Positions 8,639 to 17,470 of a stretch of DNA of 40,258 nt are shown here, piece by piece. Location: the IMG/VR virus record IMGVR_UViG_3300008255_000227, positions 1-40,258 of that record; one strand, written 5' to 3'. The notes under the pieces are model-generated. The model saw only the letters and a list, made by a program, of their open reading frames with translations, ran no database searches and had not been told where the DNA came from. This stretch comes from a virus (Duplodnaviria; Caudoviricetes). The position numbers and the translations under genes were made by a program. Positions within the stretch are counted from its first letter, which is position 1. The number at the start of each line of letters is the position of its first letter.

Positions 8639-8937
8639 CACTCGAAAAAATCAAAATTCCAGCGCGTCCGGGGCTTGATCCGGTCACGGCATACTTTGAC
8701 GATATGGGGCCGGGCGAAGGCCGCGTGGTTCTGGTGTGCTATGATCTGGCCATTCAGGCATATTGGGGCGCGATGGGCGATTGTTCCGTGAAGGAATTTT
8801 TCGCCAAGTGCGGCGTGGATTATATCTGCAACCGCATGGGCGGCAGGCATTACAAGGCTGGCAAGTCTGATCAAAGCTATATGCAAAAGATCGTCACCGC
8901 CGTGCATGAAAACCTGAACCAGAAGGAAACCGCGTAA
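8635..8937 (+). CDS. Phage hypothetical protein
   Basis: LDPVTAYFDD.GPGEGR...CYD...AYWGAMG motif typical of phage early genes; AAGGAA RBS. Confidence 0.7.
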   Translation: MTLEKIKIPARPGLDPVTAYFDDMGPGEGRVVLVCYDLAIQAYWGAMGDCSVKEFFAKCGVDYICNRMGGRHYKAGKSDQSYMQKIVTAVHENLNQKETA

Positions 8938-9572
8938 TGAGCGAAGCATATCCACTGAACTGGCCGCATGGCTGGCCCCGCACCCCGCTTGACCAGCGCG
9001 AACGCGGCTATCAATTCAAACAGGCCGCCAGCGCAGGCAGCTGGGGCCGTGGCCTTGTCACCTTCGCGGTGGCGCGGGATAAACTTTACACCGAACTTGA
9101 ACGCCTTGGCGCAAAGTCTGTGATCGTTTCGACAAACCACCAGCCGGACAAGTACGGCATCCCGAAGGAAGAAAAGCGCCGCGTGGCTGATGATGGCGTG
9201 GCGATCTATTTCCAGCTGAACGGGCGCCCTATGGCGATGGCCTGCGATCGCTTCGACAATGCGGCCGCGAATATGCGGAGTCTGGGCCTTGGCATTGAAG
9301 CCATGCGGCAGTTGGCCCGACACGGCGGCGGCCAGATGATGGAACGTGCTTTCACGGGCTTTGCGGCCCTGCCAGCGCCGAACACACCAGTGCGCCATTG
9401 GTCAAGCGTTCTGGATGTGGCCACGATGGCCACGGCTGATGAAATTCTGGCTGCATACCGCCGCATGGCGAAGAAATACCACCCGGATGCACCAGGCGGC
9501 AGCCATGAACGGATGGCTGAAATTAACGATGCGCTGGCACAGGCCCGCGCGGAAGGGAAGTGTTCAGCATGA
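8937..9572 (+). CDS. Phage protein with C-terminal DnaJ (J) domain
   Basis: AYPLNWPHGWPRT N-terminus; AYRRMAKKYHPDAPGGSHERMAEINDA with intact HPD. Confidence 0.85.
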   Translation: MSEAYPLNWPHGWPRTPLDQRERGYQFKQAASAGSWGRGLVTFAVARDKLYTELERLGAKSVIVSTNHQPDKYGIPKEEKRRVADDGVAIYFQLNGRPMAMACDRFDNAAANMRSLGLGIEAMRQLARHGGGQMMERAFTGFAALPAPNTPVRHWSSVLDVATMATADEILAAYRRMAKKYHPDAPGGSHERMAEINDALAQARAEGKCSA

Positions 9573-9745
9573 AAAACCAGCATGGAATGGAAGTAGTGGT
9601 GGAAAAGTCACCTGAAGATGGCCGCGTTTTTATCGCGGTGGGCGGTGTTCAGGTGGAATTTCATTCCGATGATGTGGGCGTTTCCGTTCAGATCGTGAAG
9701 GGGAACGCGGTTCTGGCCGAATGTTCCGCTGATTATGACGCCTGA
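9569..9745 (+). CDS. Hypothetical protein
   Basis: ATGA-coupled ORF. Confidence 0.55.
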   Translation: MKNQHGMEVVVEKSPEDGRVFIAVGGVQVEFHSDDVGVSVQIVKGNAVLAECSADYDA

Positions 9746-10043
9746 AAAATACCCCGCCAGCTTCGCTGATGCCACCCACGGCTTGGTGCTTCGAGCATCA
9801 TCATGGGAAAGGCACCTTTTCGTGATGTGCCGCATCACGCGCCGGCCGGCGGGGATGATCTGCATAGAAAATGCAGGCGGGCAAACCTTCACCTTCAGCA
9901 TCCAGCGCGATGAAAAGGGGAAAGAGTTCGGGCACCTGATTCAGTCCGGGCAAGGCTATGATGGGCGCGGAACCGGCCCCAAGCGGTTCAGGGTTGTGCC
10001 TTTCAACCCAGATGAAGGGCAGAAAACGGGAAAAAACAGATGA
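9735..10043 (+). CDS. Hypothetical protein
   Basis: Overlap-coupled ORF. Confidence 0.55.
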   Translation: MTPEKYPASFADATHGLVLRASSWERHLFVMCRITRRPAGMICIENAGGQTFTFSIQRDEKGKEFGHLIQSGQGYDGRGTGPKRFRVVPFNPDEGQKTGKNR

Positions 10044-10294
10044 TTGATATTAACGAAATAAACGTGGGCGATCGGGTGGAATATCACGATGGCAAAACCG
10101 GCGTGGTGAAGGTGATCTGCGAAAAAATCGTGGATGGCGTGAATCAGCCAGCGGATGAAGGCGTGCTGATGCAGGCCCGTTTCATGGTCGATCTGGAAGG
10201 CGGCGGCGGGCGCTATCACACCCACCGCAAGGATGGCGTTTCACACGCGGCACAGGCCGGCGACATTGTGGCCATCAGGAAGGAAGCGGCATGA
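10040..10294 (+). CDS. Hypothetical protein (SH3/KOW-like)
   Basis: INVGDRVEYHDGKTGVVKVI; ATGA overlap. Confidence 0.6.
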   Translation: MIDINEINVGDRVEYHDGKTGVVKVICEKIVDGVNQPADEGVLMQARFMVDLEGGGGRYHTHRKDGVSHAAQAGDIVAIRKEAA

Positions 10295-10497
10295 CGGAAC
10301 CAACCTTTCGGGAAATCCAGATGTGGGCGTGGCGCCGTGATAATCGCCGCTATCCTCTTGTTTCCACCGTGGCCGAAGCCGCGAAGCGATTCAAAGTCAC
10401 CGTGGAAAAGATCGTTGAAATTGTCGGGCACACTGGCCCTTATTTCTACATCGTGGGCGATGGCCCAGAAGCAATTTTTGAACATGATGGGGATTAA
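10291..10497 (+). CDS. Hypothetical protein, possible HTH
   Basis: TVAEAAKRFKVTVEKI; ATGA overlap with RBS. Confidence 0.6.
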   Translation: MTEPTFREIQMWAWRRDNRRYPLVSTVAEAAKRFKVTVEKIVEIVGHTGPYFYIVGDGPEAIFEHDGD

Positions 10498-10500
10498 AAA

Positions 10501-11043
10501 ATGTCTGATCTGATGCCATATCCTGCCGGCGGCGCCGGCTTTCAATCACATTCCGAAACCAGCCGCGCAGCGGCACACGGGCGCAAGCGTTCAGGTGCCC
10601 AGCGCGAATCGGTGTTTGACTTCATCGCCGGGCAGGGCCAAACAGGTGCCACAACCGATGAAGTGAAGGCGGCGCTGCTGGCGCGCGGGGTGATCGGCCC
10701 AAATTCCATTATGAGCGCCCGCGTGCGGGAACTGGAAATGGATGGCCGTGTGGTAAAAACCACCATCACGCGCGACACCAGCGCGGGCTTTGCGGCCAAT
10801 GTCTATGTGACAGCCGAAGTTTTCCAGCTTGGCGGCTATGAAAGGGATTTTCAGAAAGAAAAGCCCGCGGGGAAGGAAAAGGCCCAATCTGCCGAACTGG
10901 TGGCGCGCGAAATACTGGCGGCGCGCATGGTCAAGGCGCTTTCAGGCTACACGCTGCATGGCGGTCGCTTTGGCGACACAGCGGCGCAGATTATCATTGA
11001 TCAGGTGCTTTCCAGTTATTCCAACGGCATGAAGGTGGTGTGA
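10501..11043 (+). CDS. Winged-HTH DNA-binding phage protein
   Basis: SETSRAAA...GATTDEV...SARVRELEMDGRV pattern. Confidence 0.65.
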   Translation: MSDLMPYPAGGAGFQSHSETSRAAAHGRKRSGAQRESVFDFIAGQGQTGATTDEVKAALLARGVIGPNSIMSARVRELEMDGRVVKTTITRDTSAGFAANVYVTAEVFQLGGYERDFQKEKPAGKEKAQSAELVAREILAARMVKALSGYTLHGGRFGDTAAQIIIDQVLSSYSNGMKVV

Positions 11044-11228
11044 TGTTCAGCTATGAATGGCAGCGTTATGGTGGCCTGATAAAGCACCACGGGATTCCGA
11101 TGTATCTGGGAACCGAACTGATCACGCCGTGGTCGCTGGTGTGGTGGTGGCCGGTTAACTGGTTCATCTTCATCTGGGCCTGCGGTATAGCATTAAGGGA
11201 AAAGGTGAAAAAGCATGGCAAAGGTTGA
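11040..11228 (+). CDS. Small membrane protein
   Basis: Trp-rich hydrophobic segment; overlap-coupled. Confidence 0.5.
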   Translation: MMFSYEWQRYGGLIKHHGIPMYLGTELITPWSLVWWWPVNWFIFIWACGIALREKVKKHGKG

Positions 11229-11406
11229 TAAGAAGGCCACGGCTGCCCAGCGCGAATTCCTTCCCACTGGCGCACGCATCGCGCAGTTATCGCATGACCT
11301 TCACAGCATGGGCGCGCACCAAGCGGCCCGCCATGTTCAGCAAGCTGGCGATATTTTCCACAGCGATGTGGAAAGAATTTTAAAATTAAGAGGAAAAAAA
11401 CAATGA
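11215..11406 (+). CDS. Hypothetical protein
   Basis: Coupled ORF with AAGG RBS. Confidence 0.55.
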   Translation: MAKVDKKATAAQREFLPTGARIAQLSHDLHSMGAHQAARHVQQAGDIFHSDVERILKLRGKKQ

Positions 11407-12413
11407 CTGAAACAGCCCAGCGCGTGGCGGCATGGCGTGAAACAGGCCGCACAGGATCATCCAGCAAAACGATGGCGGCCCACCTGATGGGCGAAACTGT
11501 GCCTTCGCCTTCCTATCCGCATGATGCGGCCGATTTCGGGCGGTGCCTGGCGCTTCTGGATGCCGTGCCGGAATTCCGCGCGCGCATCGGTGAAATGGCA
11601 GAACTTTCTGGCTATGTCGGGGAAGTCTGGGGCGCGCTGGCCGAAAATTGGGCCACGCTGGAAGAACTTCACGGGCAGATGCCTGAATCCTGCACCACGG
11701 CCATGAAGGCCATCCTGAAGCCAATAGAGGAAGCCAGCGGGCGCGTGGTTCGGCTTGGCGGCAATGCTTCGCTGCACCTTCCTGACAACCCGCTGGGCAA
11801 CATGATGAAGGAAGGCATGGAAATTTCCTATGCTGCCGCGGTTAAGGCGTGCGTGGATGCTGGGGAAGTCACCCACACCATCATCCAGCGCGCCACCGGC
11901 CTGAACACGGAAATGCAGGCCCAGATCATCCAGCGCATGACAAAGGATGGTTTGGTGGAACCCACCGGCAAAAATGGAAAGCTGTTGCTGACAAAAAAGG
12001 CTATACAAGCCATAGGCATAGCGGATAAAGTGCAAGAGATTGCAGAAGCAACGGGAAAACCGGCCGCACAGGTGCTGGATGCCGCCAAAAAGGCGGTGGG
12101 CATCGGCCACAATTCAGGGGAAAAAGCTGTGGATAAGCAGGAAGAAATGATGAATCAGGCAAAGGGCACCGCCGAAGGTGAGATTTCCGGCCAGCGCCTG
12201 AAATCGTTCATTGAACGGGTCGAGCGCCTGGAAGAAGAAAAGCGCACGCTGGGCGAAGATGTGCGGGATGTATATTCAGAAGCAAAATCACAGGGCTTTG
12301 AACCCAAGATTATGCGGAAAATCGTGGCACTTCGCCGGTCAAACCTTGAAAAGCGGCGGGAAGAACAGGAAATTCTTGATCTTTACATGGCCGCCATCGG
12401 CATGGCCGAATAA
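11403..12413 (+). CDS. Multidomain protein: unknown N-domain + FtsK-gamma-like winged helix + GapR (DUF2312) domain
   Basis: C-terminal QRLKSFIERVERLEEEK...DVYSEAKSQGFEPKIMRKIVALR is GapR-like; central YAAAVK...IIQR...IIQRMTKDGLVEP resembles FtsK gamma. Confidence 0.85.
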   Translation: MTETAQRVAAWRETGRTGSSSKTMAAHLMGETVPSPSYPHDAADFGRCLALLDAVPEFRARIGEMAELSGYVGEVWGALAENWATLEELHGQMPESCTTAMKAILKPIEEASGRVVRLGGNASLHLPDNPLGNMMKEGMEISYAAAVKACVDAGEVTHTIIQRATGLNTEMQAQIIQRMTKDGLVEPTGKNGKLLLTKKAIQAIGIADKVQEIAEATGKPAAQVLDAAKKAVGIGHNSGEKAVDKQEEMMNQAKGTAEGEISGQRLKSFIERVERLEEEKRTLGEDVRDVYSEAKSQGFEPKIMRKIVALRRSNLEKRREEQEILDLYMAAIGMAE

Positions 12414-12414
12414 A

Positions 12415-12447
12415 GGAATCCCCCGCCCAGCGCGGGGGTTTCTTTTT
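12415..12447 (+). terminator. Rho-independent terminator ending the early operon
   Basis: CCCCCGC-N5-GCGGGGG followed by TTTCTTTTT. Confidence 0.75.
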
Positions 12448-12502
12448 GACCTTTTCCACCAGCGCGCTAAACTGTCTTAAACCTGATATAAGGGGGATAT
12501 GA

Positions 12503-13240
12503 ATGATTGATTTCCTTGAATTTATGCTTTCGGCATACGGCCTGCCGCTGATCCTGTGGATGGCGTTTCTTTCGCGCCTGTCCGGGGGCGGCTTTTTCGC
12601 ACCGCTTCTGAACAAGCGTGGCGCAGTTGGCGATGATGGCAAAGACTTGGGCGGGGTGATCCCGTTCATCAGCCTTTCCATGCTGCCGGAAATCATCTTT
12701 GGCATCACGATGGGTGCGTTCTTCTTCTATGTGCTGCATTATTGTGGCGTGCCGGAATGGCAGCTGATCACCCGCGGCGGCCAGTATGCGATCGGGCCGT
12801 GGGTTTCAGGCATCATTTCCTTGGCGGTGGCCGTGCGGTGCTATCTGTGGATGGAAACAGGGCATGGCATCGTTCTTCCGTGGGGCGGCCTTCTGCCCTA
12901 TGCCCAGCGCTTCCGCACGCAAACCCTTTCCCCTGTGGTCGATTGGCTGGCCGACAAGCTGGGTATCCAGAAGGTGCAGGAAGATGGCTATTCCCGCACA
13001 CTGAACTATTGCCGCCTGTTCATGGCTGTGAAGGGCCTGCTGATCGGCCTGCCCTTCGGCGGCCTTATCCTGATGGTCTGGTGGCCAGCGGCCTACGAAA
13101 TGGGCGCCAGGTTGCGCGGGAAGGTAAAATTCGACTCCCACGCCTTAACCGAAATGGTGGCAGGCGCTGGCACAGGCGTGCAGATCGCCGCAGGCGTGGC
13201 GCTTCTGAAATGGCTTGCCCGATTGATCGGCATCGCATAA
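12503..13240 (+). CDS. Multi-pass membrane protein (moron-like)
   Basis: Several hydrophobic segments; own promoter candidate TTGACC-N16-TAAACT (12446-12473) and a downstream hairpin. Confidence 0.75.
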   Translation: MIDFLEFMLSAYGLPLILWMAFLSRLSGGGFFAPLLNKRGAVGDDGKDLGGVIPFISLSMLPEIIFGITMGAFFFYVLHYCGVPEWQLITRGGQYAIGPWVSGIISLAVAVRCYLWMETGHGIVLPWGGLLPYAQRFRTQTLSPVVDWLADKLGIQKVQEDGYSRTLNYCRLFMAVKGLLIGLPFGGLILMVWWPAAYEMGARLRGKVKFDSHALTEMVAGAGTGVQIAAGVALLKWLARLIGIA

Positions 13241-13284
13241 AATCCAAAGGCTTGCGCGCACCCTTTCCCGTCTGCGCTGAAACT

Positions 13285-13318
13285 GTTCAGGCCCGCCCGT
13301 AAAAAGGCGGGCCTGAAC
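13285..13318. terminator. Perfect 13-8-13 inverted repeat (probable terminator insulating cassette A)
   Basis: GTTCAGGCCCGCC-CGTAAAAA-GGCGGGCCTGAAC. Confidence 0.6.
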
Positions 13319-13343
13319 TTCAAACAGCCCCTTAATTTGTCGT

Positions 13344-13559
13344 AAACAACATTATCACATCGCTGGGAACAGGCACCGACCGCGATGTGGTCATGGTCGA
13401 ATTCACCGGCACCCCTACCCTCACCCACCATGCCACCAACCTTCCCCTGCCCAATAACGCCAATATCTTGGTGGAAGCCGGCGACAAGGCTATTTTCGCG
13501 CGCCGCGGCAGCGCGGGCAGCGGGCAGTGGGATCTGATCAGCTATCTGCGGAAATCTGG
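13344..13559 (+). repeat. Tail-fibre switch repeat, copy A (216 bp)
   Basis: By manual alignment, 10 mismatches to copy B (direct) and 11 to copy C (inverted). Confidence 0.97.
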
Positions 13560-13983
13560 CCGTTCACTTGTCGGTGCAGAAAAATTGCAGGCCAATCCAG
13601 CCAACCCAACAGGAACATCATCAGCCACAAAAGTGCATATGGGTGTAGGCCAGACTTTTACGCCAAGAAAAACAGGCAATATTCTTTGCATTATCAGCGG
13701 CACTTGCGGCACAGTCACCAATAAAGCAACCACCATTTCATTGCGATATGGAACTGGATCGGCGCCTGCCAATGGCGCCGCAGAAACGGGTTCATCAGGA
13801 AATGCAGATATTACTTGCGGCAACGCATCTGCAAACGCAGACGGAAAGCCTTTTAGCCTGAATTCTGTTATATCTGGCTTAACAATTGGAACAGCTATAT
13901 GGGTAGATTTTTCTGCGGCACTTTCAACTGCCGGGGGAACCACCACATTCAGCAATATTTCAATTTCAATTGTTGAAATATAA
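13345..13983 (+). CDS. Silent tail-fibre C-terminal cassette A (no native start)
   Basis: Begins with the NNIITSLGTG...SYLRKSG segment of the tail fibre, then a distinct beta-rich domain; in-frame TAA just upstream and no RBS. Confidence 0.85.
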   Translation, partial: NNIITSLGTGTDRDVVMVEFTGTPTLTHHATNLPLPNNANILVEAGDKAIFARRGSAGSGQWDLISYLRKSGRSLVGAEKLQANPANPTGTSSATKVHMGVGQTFTPRKTGNILCIISGTCGTVTNKATTISLRYGTGSAPANGAAETGSSGNADITCGNASANADGKPFSLNSVISGLTIGTAIWVDFSAALSTAGGTTTFSNISISIVEI

Positions 13984-13988
13984 GCAGA

Positions 13989-14276
13989 TCAGCGCGCATC
14001 GACTATCTTGGAAATGCTTTTCTTGTCGGCATTGCATGATGCCAGCGCCTTATCCTGCGCGTGCATAAACACGCCCAGATCGTTATCGGTCATGGTGTTT
14101 TCATCAGGGGGTGGTGGGGCTGGGGTTGGCTTCAGGTAAACCGCTGGCACGCTTTGAGTCACCGGCTTCACTGGCTGGTGCCCCTCTAAGCAACCGGACA
14201 GCGGCACGCAAAGGCAAACTATTGCGGCCGCAAGCGCTATCCGGCAGCTTCCTGATTTCATCGACCGTGGCAGCAT
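13989..14276 (-). CDS. Outer-membrane spanin (Rz1-like lipoprotein)
   Basis: Lipobox LSGC, Pro-rich, CNADK end; overlaps the i-spanin. Confidence 0.85.
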   Translation of the reverse strand: MLPRSMKSGSCRIALAAAIVCLCVPLSGCLEGHQPVKPVTQSVPAVYLKPTPAPPPPDENTMTDNDLGVFMHAQDKALASCNADKKSISKIVDAR

Positions 14277-14526
14277 ATTTCTGTTCCCTTTCCAGTGTTT
14301 CGGTGATGGAAGCCTGAAGGGCATCCACCGTGGTTTTGTGGCTGGCTTCCAGCGCGATATTGGCGGCCACCAGTTCAGTGTTTGCCGCCTTCAGCGTTTT
14401 CACTGCGGCGCGGTTCTGTTCGGCGTTCCTGATATAAAGCAGGATGGCGCCGGCCACGGCGGCGATCACCAGCGCAAGAATGATATTCTTCCACGGCAGG
14501 GCCTTCAGGGCAGCGAACTGAATCAT
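14104..14526 (-). CDS. Inner-membrane spanin (Rz-like)
   Basis: N-terminal TM helix then coiled coil; follows the endolysin. Confidence 0.85.
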   Translation of the reverse strand: MIQFAALKALPWKNIILALVIAAVAGAILLYIRNAEQNRAAVKTLKAANTELVAANIALEASHKTTVDALQASITETLEREQKYAATVDEIRKLPDSACGRNSLPLRAAVRLLRGAPASEAGDSKRASGLPEANPSPTTP

Positions 14527-14918
14527 GGGGCACCTACGATGTGAAGGGTGAATTCAGGCGGCAGAAGGCCGCGCAGCTTGTCCAGAGTGGCACGGGAATT
14601 GACGATGCCCGGCACGCCGCCGATCACACCCTTTGCAGAACCCACAAGGATGCAGCCCTGTGTGTCTTTGTGGGTGTTTCCAGCGTGAATAAGGATTGCT
14701 TCGCGCGGTGCGGTCTTTCCCAAAATCCACACGTTCTTATATTTTGTGCCGCTGTGTGGGCGCACGGGATATGCACCTGGCGGGATGCAGGAAATTCCCT
14801 TGGCATTATTGCGATCAGGATCTTCCAAGGTTAGGCACACGGCCTTGCCATCGATGTAAAAGGTTCCGAAAACGCCGTTTTCAGTGCTTTTTTCGCGGAT
14901 GATTGTGAATTTTTCCAT
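14523..14918 (-). CDS. Putative endolysin, DUF5675 family
   Basis: TLED...SCIPPGAY...ILIHAGN..DTQGCILVG; between holin and spanins. Confidence 0.85.
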   Translation of the reverse strand: MEKFTIIREKSTENGVFGTFYIDGKAVCLTLEDPDRNNAKGISCIPPGAYPVRPHSGTKYKNVWILGKTAPREAILIHAGNTHKDTQGCILVGSAKGVIGGVPGIVNSRATLDKLRGLLPPEFTLHIVGAP

Positions 14919-14949
14919 GCCGTGCCTTCCAGCTTCCGGCATTGGCCGG

Positions 14950-15279
14950 CTATTTCGTGAACTTGTCAATCAACTGATCCAGCCCGCGTTTCAGCATCTG
15001 GAAAACAGCGCCCTTGTTCAAGATCATAGCATGAAGGCCATCGCGCGCCAAGATTGCCGAACAGCCCGTGATCGCCAGCGTGACAAAATCAGGTGCATCC
15101 AGTTCCATAGCGATGCCGCCGGCCAGCACCCCAATGGGGGCCGAAACGATGAAAAGGGCCAGCCAGTGCCTTATTCCGCGCTTTTCGGGCATGATAATGG
15201 ACTCCATCAAACCACATATGACCGACACGAAAAAAAGCAAGATCAGATCGGGCAGCTGTGAAAAAAGTCGTTCAAACAT
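14950..15279 (-). CDS. Putative holin
   Basis: 109 aa, 2-3 TM helices, basic C-terminus, upstream of the endolysin. Confidence 0.7.
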   Translation of the reverse strand: MFERLFSQLPDLILLFFVSVICGLMESIIMPEKRGIRHWLALFIVSAPIGVLAGGIAMELDAPDFVTLAITGCSAILARDGLHAMILNKGAVFQMLKRGLDQLIDKFTK

Positions 15280-15666
15280 CTAACGCCCCCCATCCTGTTT
15301 TGGTTTCGGCCCTTCATAGTGTTTCAGCACCAAAAAGGAAAAAAGGTGCCATCCGATCATGCACAGCCCTTCCAGCGCATGATAGAACGCAAAAATGAAT
15401 TCTTGTTTGCTGGGCAAAAATCCCAGATGCCCATCCATAAGATAGCGAAACAGCGCCAGCACAATCAGCATATTGGCCACGGTGGATAGCACTGTGAGGA
15501 TATAAATCGCTTCAACGGGGCTTTTAAGCAGACGGGTGACACGGCTGGCTTCAAACCTGTTCTGATGCACTGCAATAACAGCAAAGCCCATGACAAGGCT
15601 GATGCAGTGGAAAACAACGGCTGACCAGTAAACGTGCCCGAACAGGGAAATATAATCTTCAATCAT
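15280..15666 (-). CDS. Membrane protein (possible second holin/antiholin)
   Basis: From MIEDY; about three TM helices; abuts the holin. Confidence 0.6.
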   Translation of the reverse strand: MIEDYISLFGHVYWSAVVFHCISLVMGFAVIAVHQNRFEASRVTRLLKSPVEAIYILTVLSTVANMLIVLALFRYLMDGHLGFLPSKQEFIFAFYHALEGLCMIGWHLFSFLVLKHYEGPKPKQDGGR

Positions 15667-15688
15667 GCCCGGTTTTCTTAATGGAAGG

Positions 15689-16894
15689 TTAAGGCCCTTC
15701 CGGGATGGTATCACCGTTTTCCAGTTTTTTAAACCTTGGATTTTCCCAGCCGGATGCCATCGCTTCAGCGGCGGCGTTCGCGCCCGCCTTCTTTTCCTTA
15801 TTGTGAATATATCGGCTGGTGGTTTCCATGCGCTTGTGGCCCAGAAGATCGCCAACCTGGCGCTGTGAAAGCCCGCCTTTTTCGTGTGCATAGCTGCCGG
15901 CCGTGCGGCGCATATCGTGGACGGTGAAACCCTCGATCTTCAGCGCCTTCCGCATGGCTTCCCACTGGCGCCATGTCCAGCTGATGGCCTTGCGCTTGGT
16001 GGTAGCGCTGGGGAATATGAAGCCGGTTTTCGGGCGGCCCAGCGCCTTGTGCAGGGCCTTCAGGATCACCAGCGCGCGCTGGGGCAGATATACCACCCGC
16101 CCGCCGGTTTTATTGTCGGGCAGAATATAGACTTCTGCGGCCCATTGAATCCATTCCCAGCGCCCAAGTCGCCATTCATCACGGCGCAGGCCCGTTAAAA
16201 GCAGAAGGGCGAAAAGGTCAACATAGCGCCAGCCCGCCTTGCGGTTGCGCTTGTATTCATCGAAGGAAGCATAAAGGCGCTGGTTTTCATCATCGGACAG
16301 GATGCGATCGCGGCCGCCTTCCTTGAACCGGCGCGCCTTCCTGAACGGGTGGTTTTCAATGCTGGCACCATGCCAGCGCAGGGCCACCAGCACCAGCGCC
16401 ACGCATCGGTTGAACGTGGCAGGCTTCTTTGCCAGCCGGCGGCGCAGGCGGTTCACATCTTCATCAGAAAGGCTTTCCACGGCGCTGGAACCTATGCACG
16501 GCAATATATGGGCGTTCCAAAGGGAATCATATCCGGCCATCGTCTTTGGCTTCAGTTCACCTTTCCGCAGGCGCTGGTGCGCTTCGGCCAATTCCCGCAC
16601 TGTGGCGATGGTGCCGTGCCCTGCGAACGGATCCCTGCCTGAATATAGCGCAGCCAGGCGTTCCTTGGCCTGCGCCCGCGCTGCCGCAACTTCCAGCACC
16701 GCGCATCGGCCCAGCGTCATAATGCGCTGCCGGCCGGCGATGCGGTAGCGCAGCACATACGCCTTCACGCCCGCGCTGGTGCAGCGCACGCCGAAACCGG
16801 GCAGTTCACTATCCCACAGGTAAACGAATTGCCCGCCTGTACGGTCTGGGCCAAAGGTCAAGGCATCGATGCTGGCGCGGGTTATCTTAGCCAT
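15689..16894 (-). CDS. int: Tyrosine recombinase, P4-like integrase with N-terminal arm-binding domain
   Basis: LWDSELPGFGVR...YR..GRQR..TLGR N-domain; catalytic R (TGLRRDE), K (NKTG), HDMRR, LLGH, Y (TSRY). Confidence 0.92.
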   Translation of the reverse strand: MAKITRASIDALTFGPDRTGGQFVYLWDSELPGFGVRCTSAGVKAYVLRYRIAGRQRIMTLGRCAVLEVAAARAQAKERLAALYSGRDPFAGHGTIATVRELAEAHQRLRKGELKPKTMAGYDSLWNAHILPCIGSSAVESLSDEDVNRLRRRLAKKPATFNRCVALVLVALRWHGASIENHPFRKARRFKEGGRDRILSDDENQRLYASFDEYKRNRKAGWRYVDLFALLLLTGLRRDEWRLGRWEWIQWAAEVYILPDNKTGGRVVYLPQRALVILKALHKALGRPKTGFIFPSATTKRKAISWTWRQWEAMRKALKIEGFTVHDMRRTAGSYAHEKGGLSQRQVGDLLGHKRMETTSRYIHNKEKKAGANAAAEAMASGWENPRFKKLENGDTIPEGP

Positions 16895-17163
16895 GCTGGT
16901 GTTTTCGGGTTCACGCTCTTGGGTTTCAGCGCCTTCAGCCGTTCCATGATGGTATCAAAGGGGGGCAGTTCTTCCCCGAATTCTGCGGCGCACCATTTTT
17001 TAAACAGGTGCTGAAGGCTGCAATCGCCCGCCTTGAACATCCAGCTGCCGGATGGTGATCTGGTGGCCTGCATCTGGCTATGACTATCAAGGCGCACATA
17101 AATGCGCTGATCCGTCACCTTTCCGCTGATGCTTAATTTTTCCCACCAAGTCACCTTGATCAT
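16882..17163 (-). CDS. Hypothetical protein
   Basis: Overlaps int start and the upstream ORF. Confidence 0.55.
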   Translation of the reverse strand: MIKVTWWEKLSISGKVTDQRIYVRLDSHSQMQATRSPSGSWMFKAGDCSLQHLFKKWCAAEFGEELPPFDTIMERLKALKPKSVNPKTPAWLR

Positions 17164-17351
17164 GCAGGCACCGTGCGGATGGCTGCGGCGGTTTTATAGG
17201 CGGCAAGGCGCTTCTGCACGCGCTTTAGTTCCTCGATCAGAAGGGCCTTTTCGGTGTTTGCCTTGTGGTTCGGGCTGGGCAGGGCGGTTGCAATGTTGAT
17301 GGCGCTGGCGGTCAAGCGTTCGATTGCTTCGGCGTTTTTTGCATTGTTCAT
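17160..17351 (-). CDS. Hypothetical protein
   Basis: ATGA-coupled to the downstream ORF. Confidence 0.55.
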   Translation of the reverse strand: MNNAKNAEAIERLTASAINIATALPSPNHKANTEKALLIEELKRVQKRLAAYKTAAAIRTVPA

Positions 17352-17414
17352 GGCGGTGGCTTTTCGGAAATAGGGTGAAGCGCCGGCGGTTGTCTATCAT
17401 TTTTCCGGTTTTTT

Positions 17415-17438
17415 GAGAGTCAAAACCCTTTGACTCTC
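17415..17438. promoter_or_regulatory. Perfect 10-bp inverted repeat (operator or terminator)
   Basis: GAGAGTCAAA-ACCC-TTTGACTCTC in an intergenic gap. Confidence 0.5.
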
Positions 17439-17470
17439 GCGGATGAAAGACAACCGCCCTGCCACAGGGT

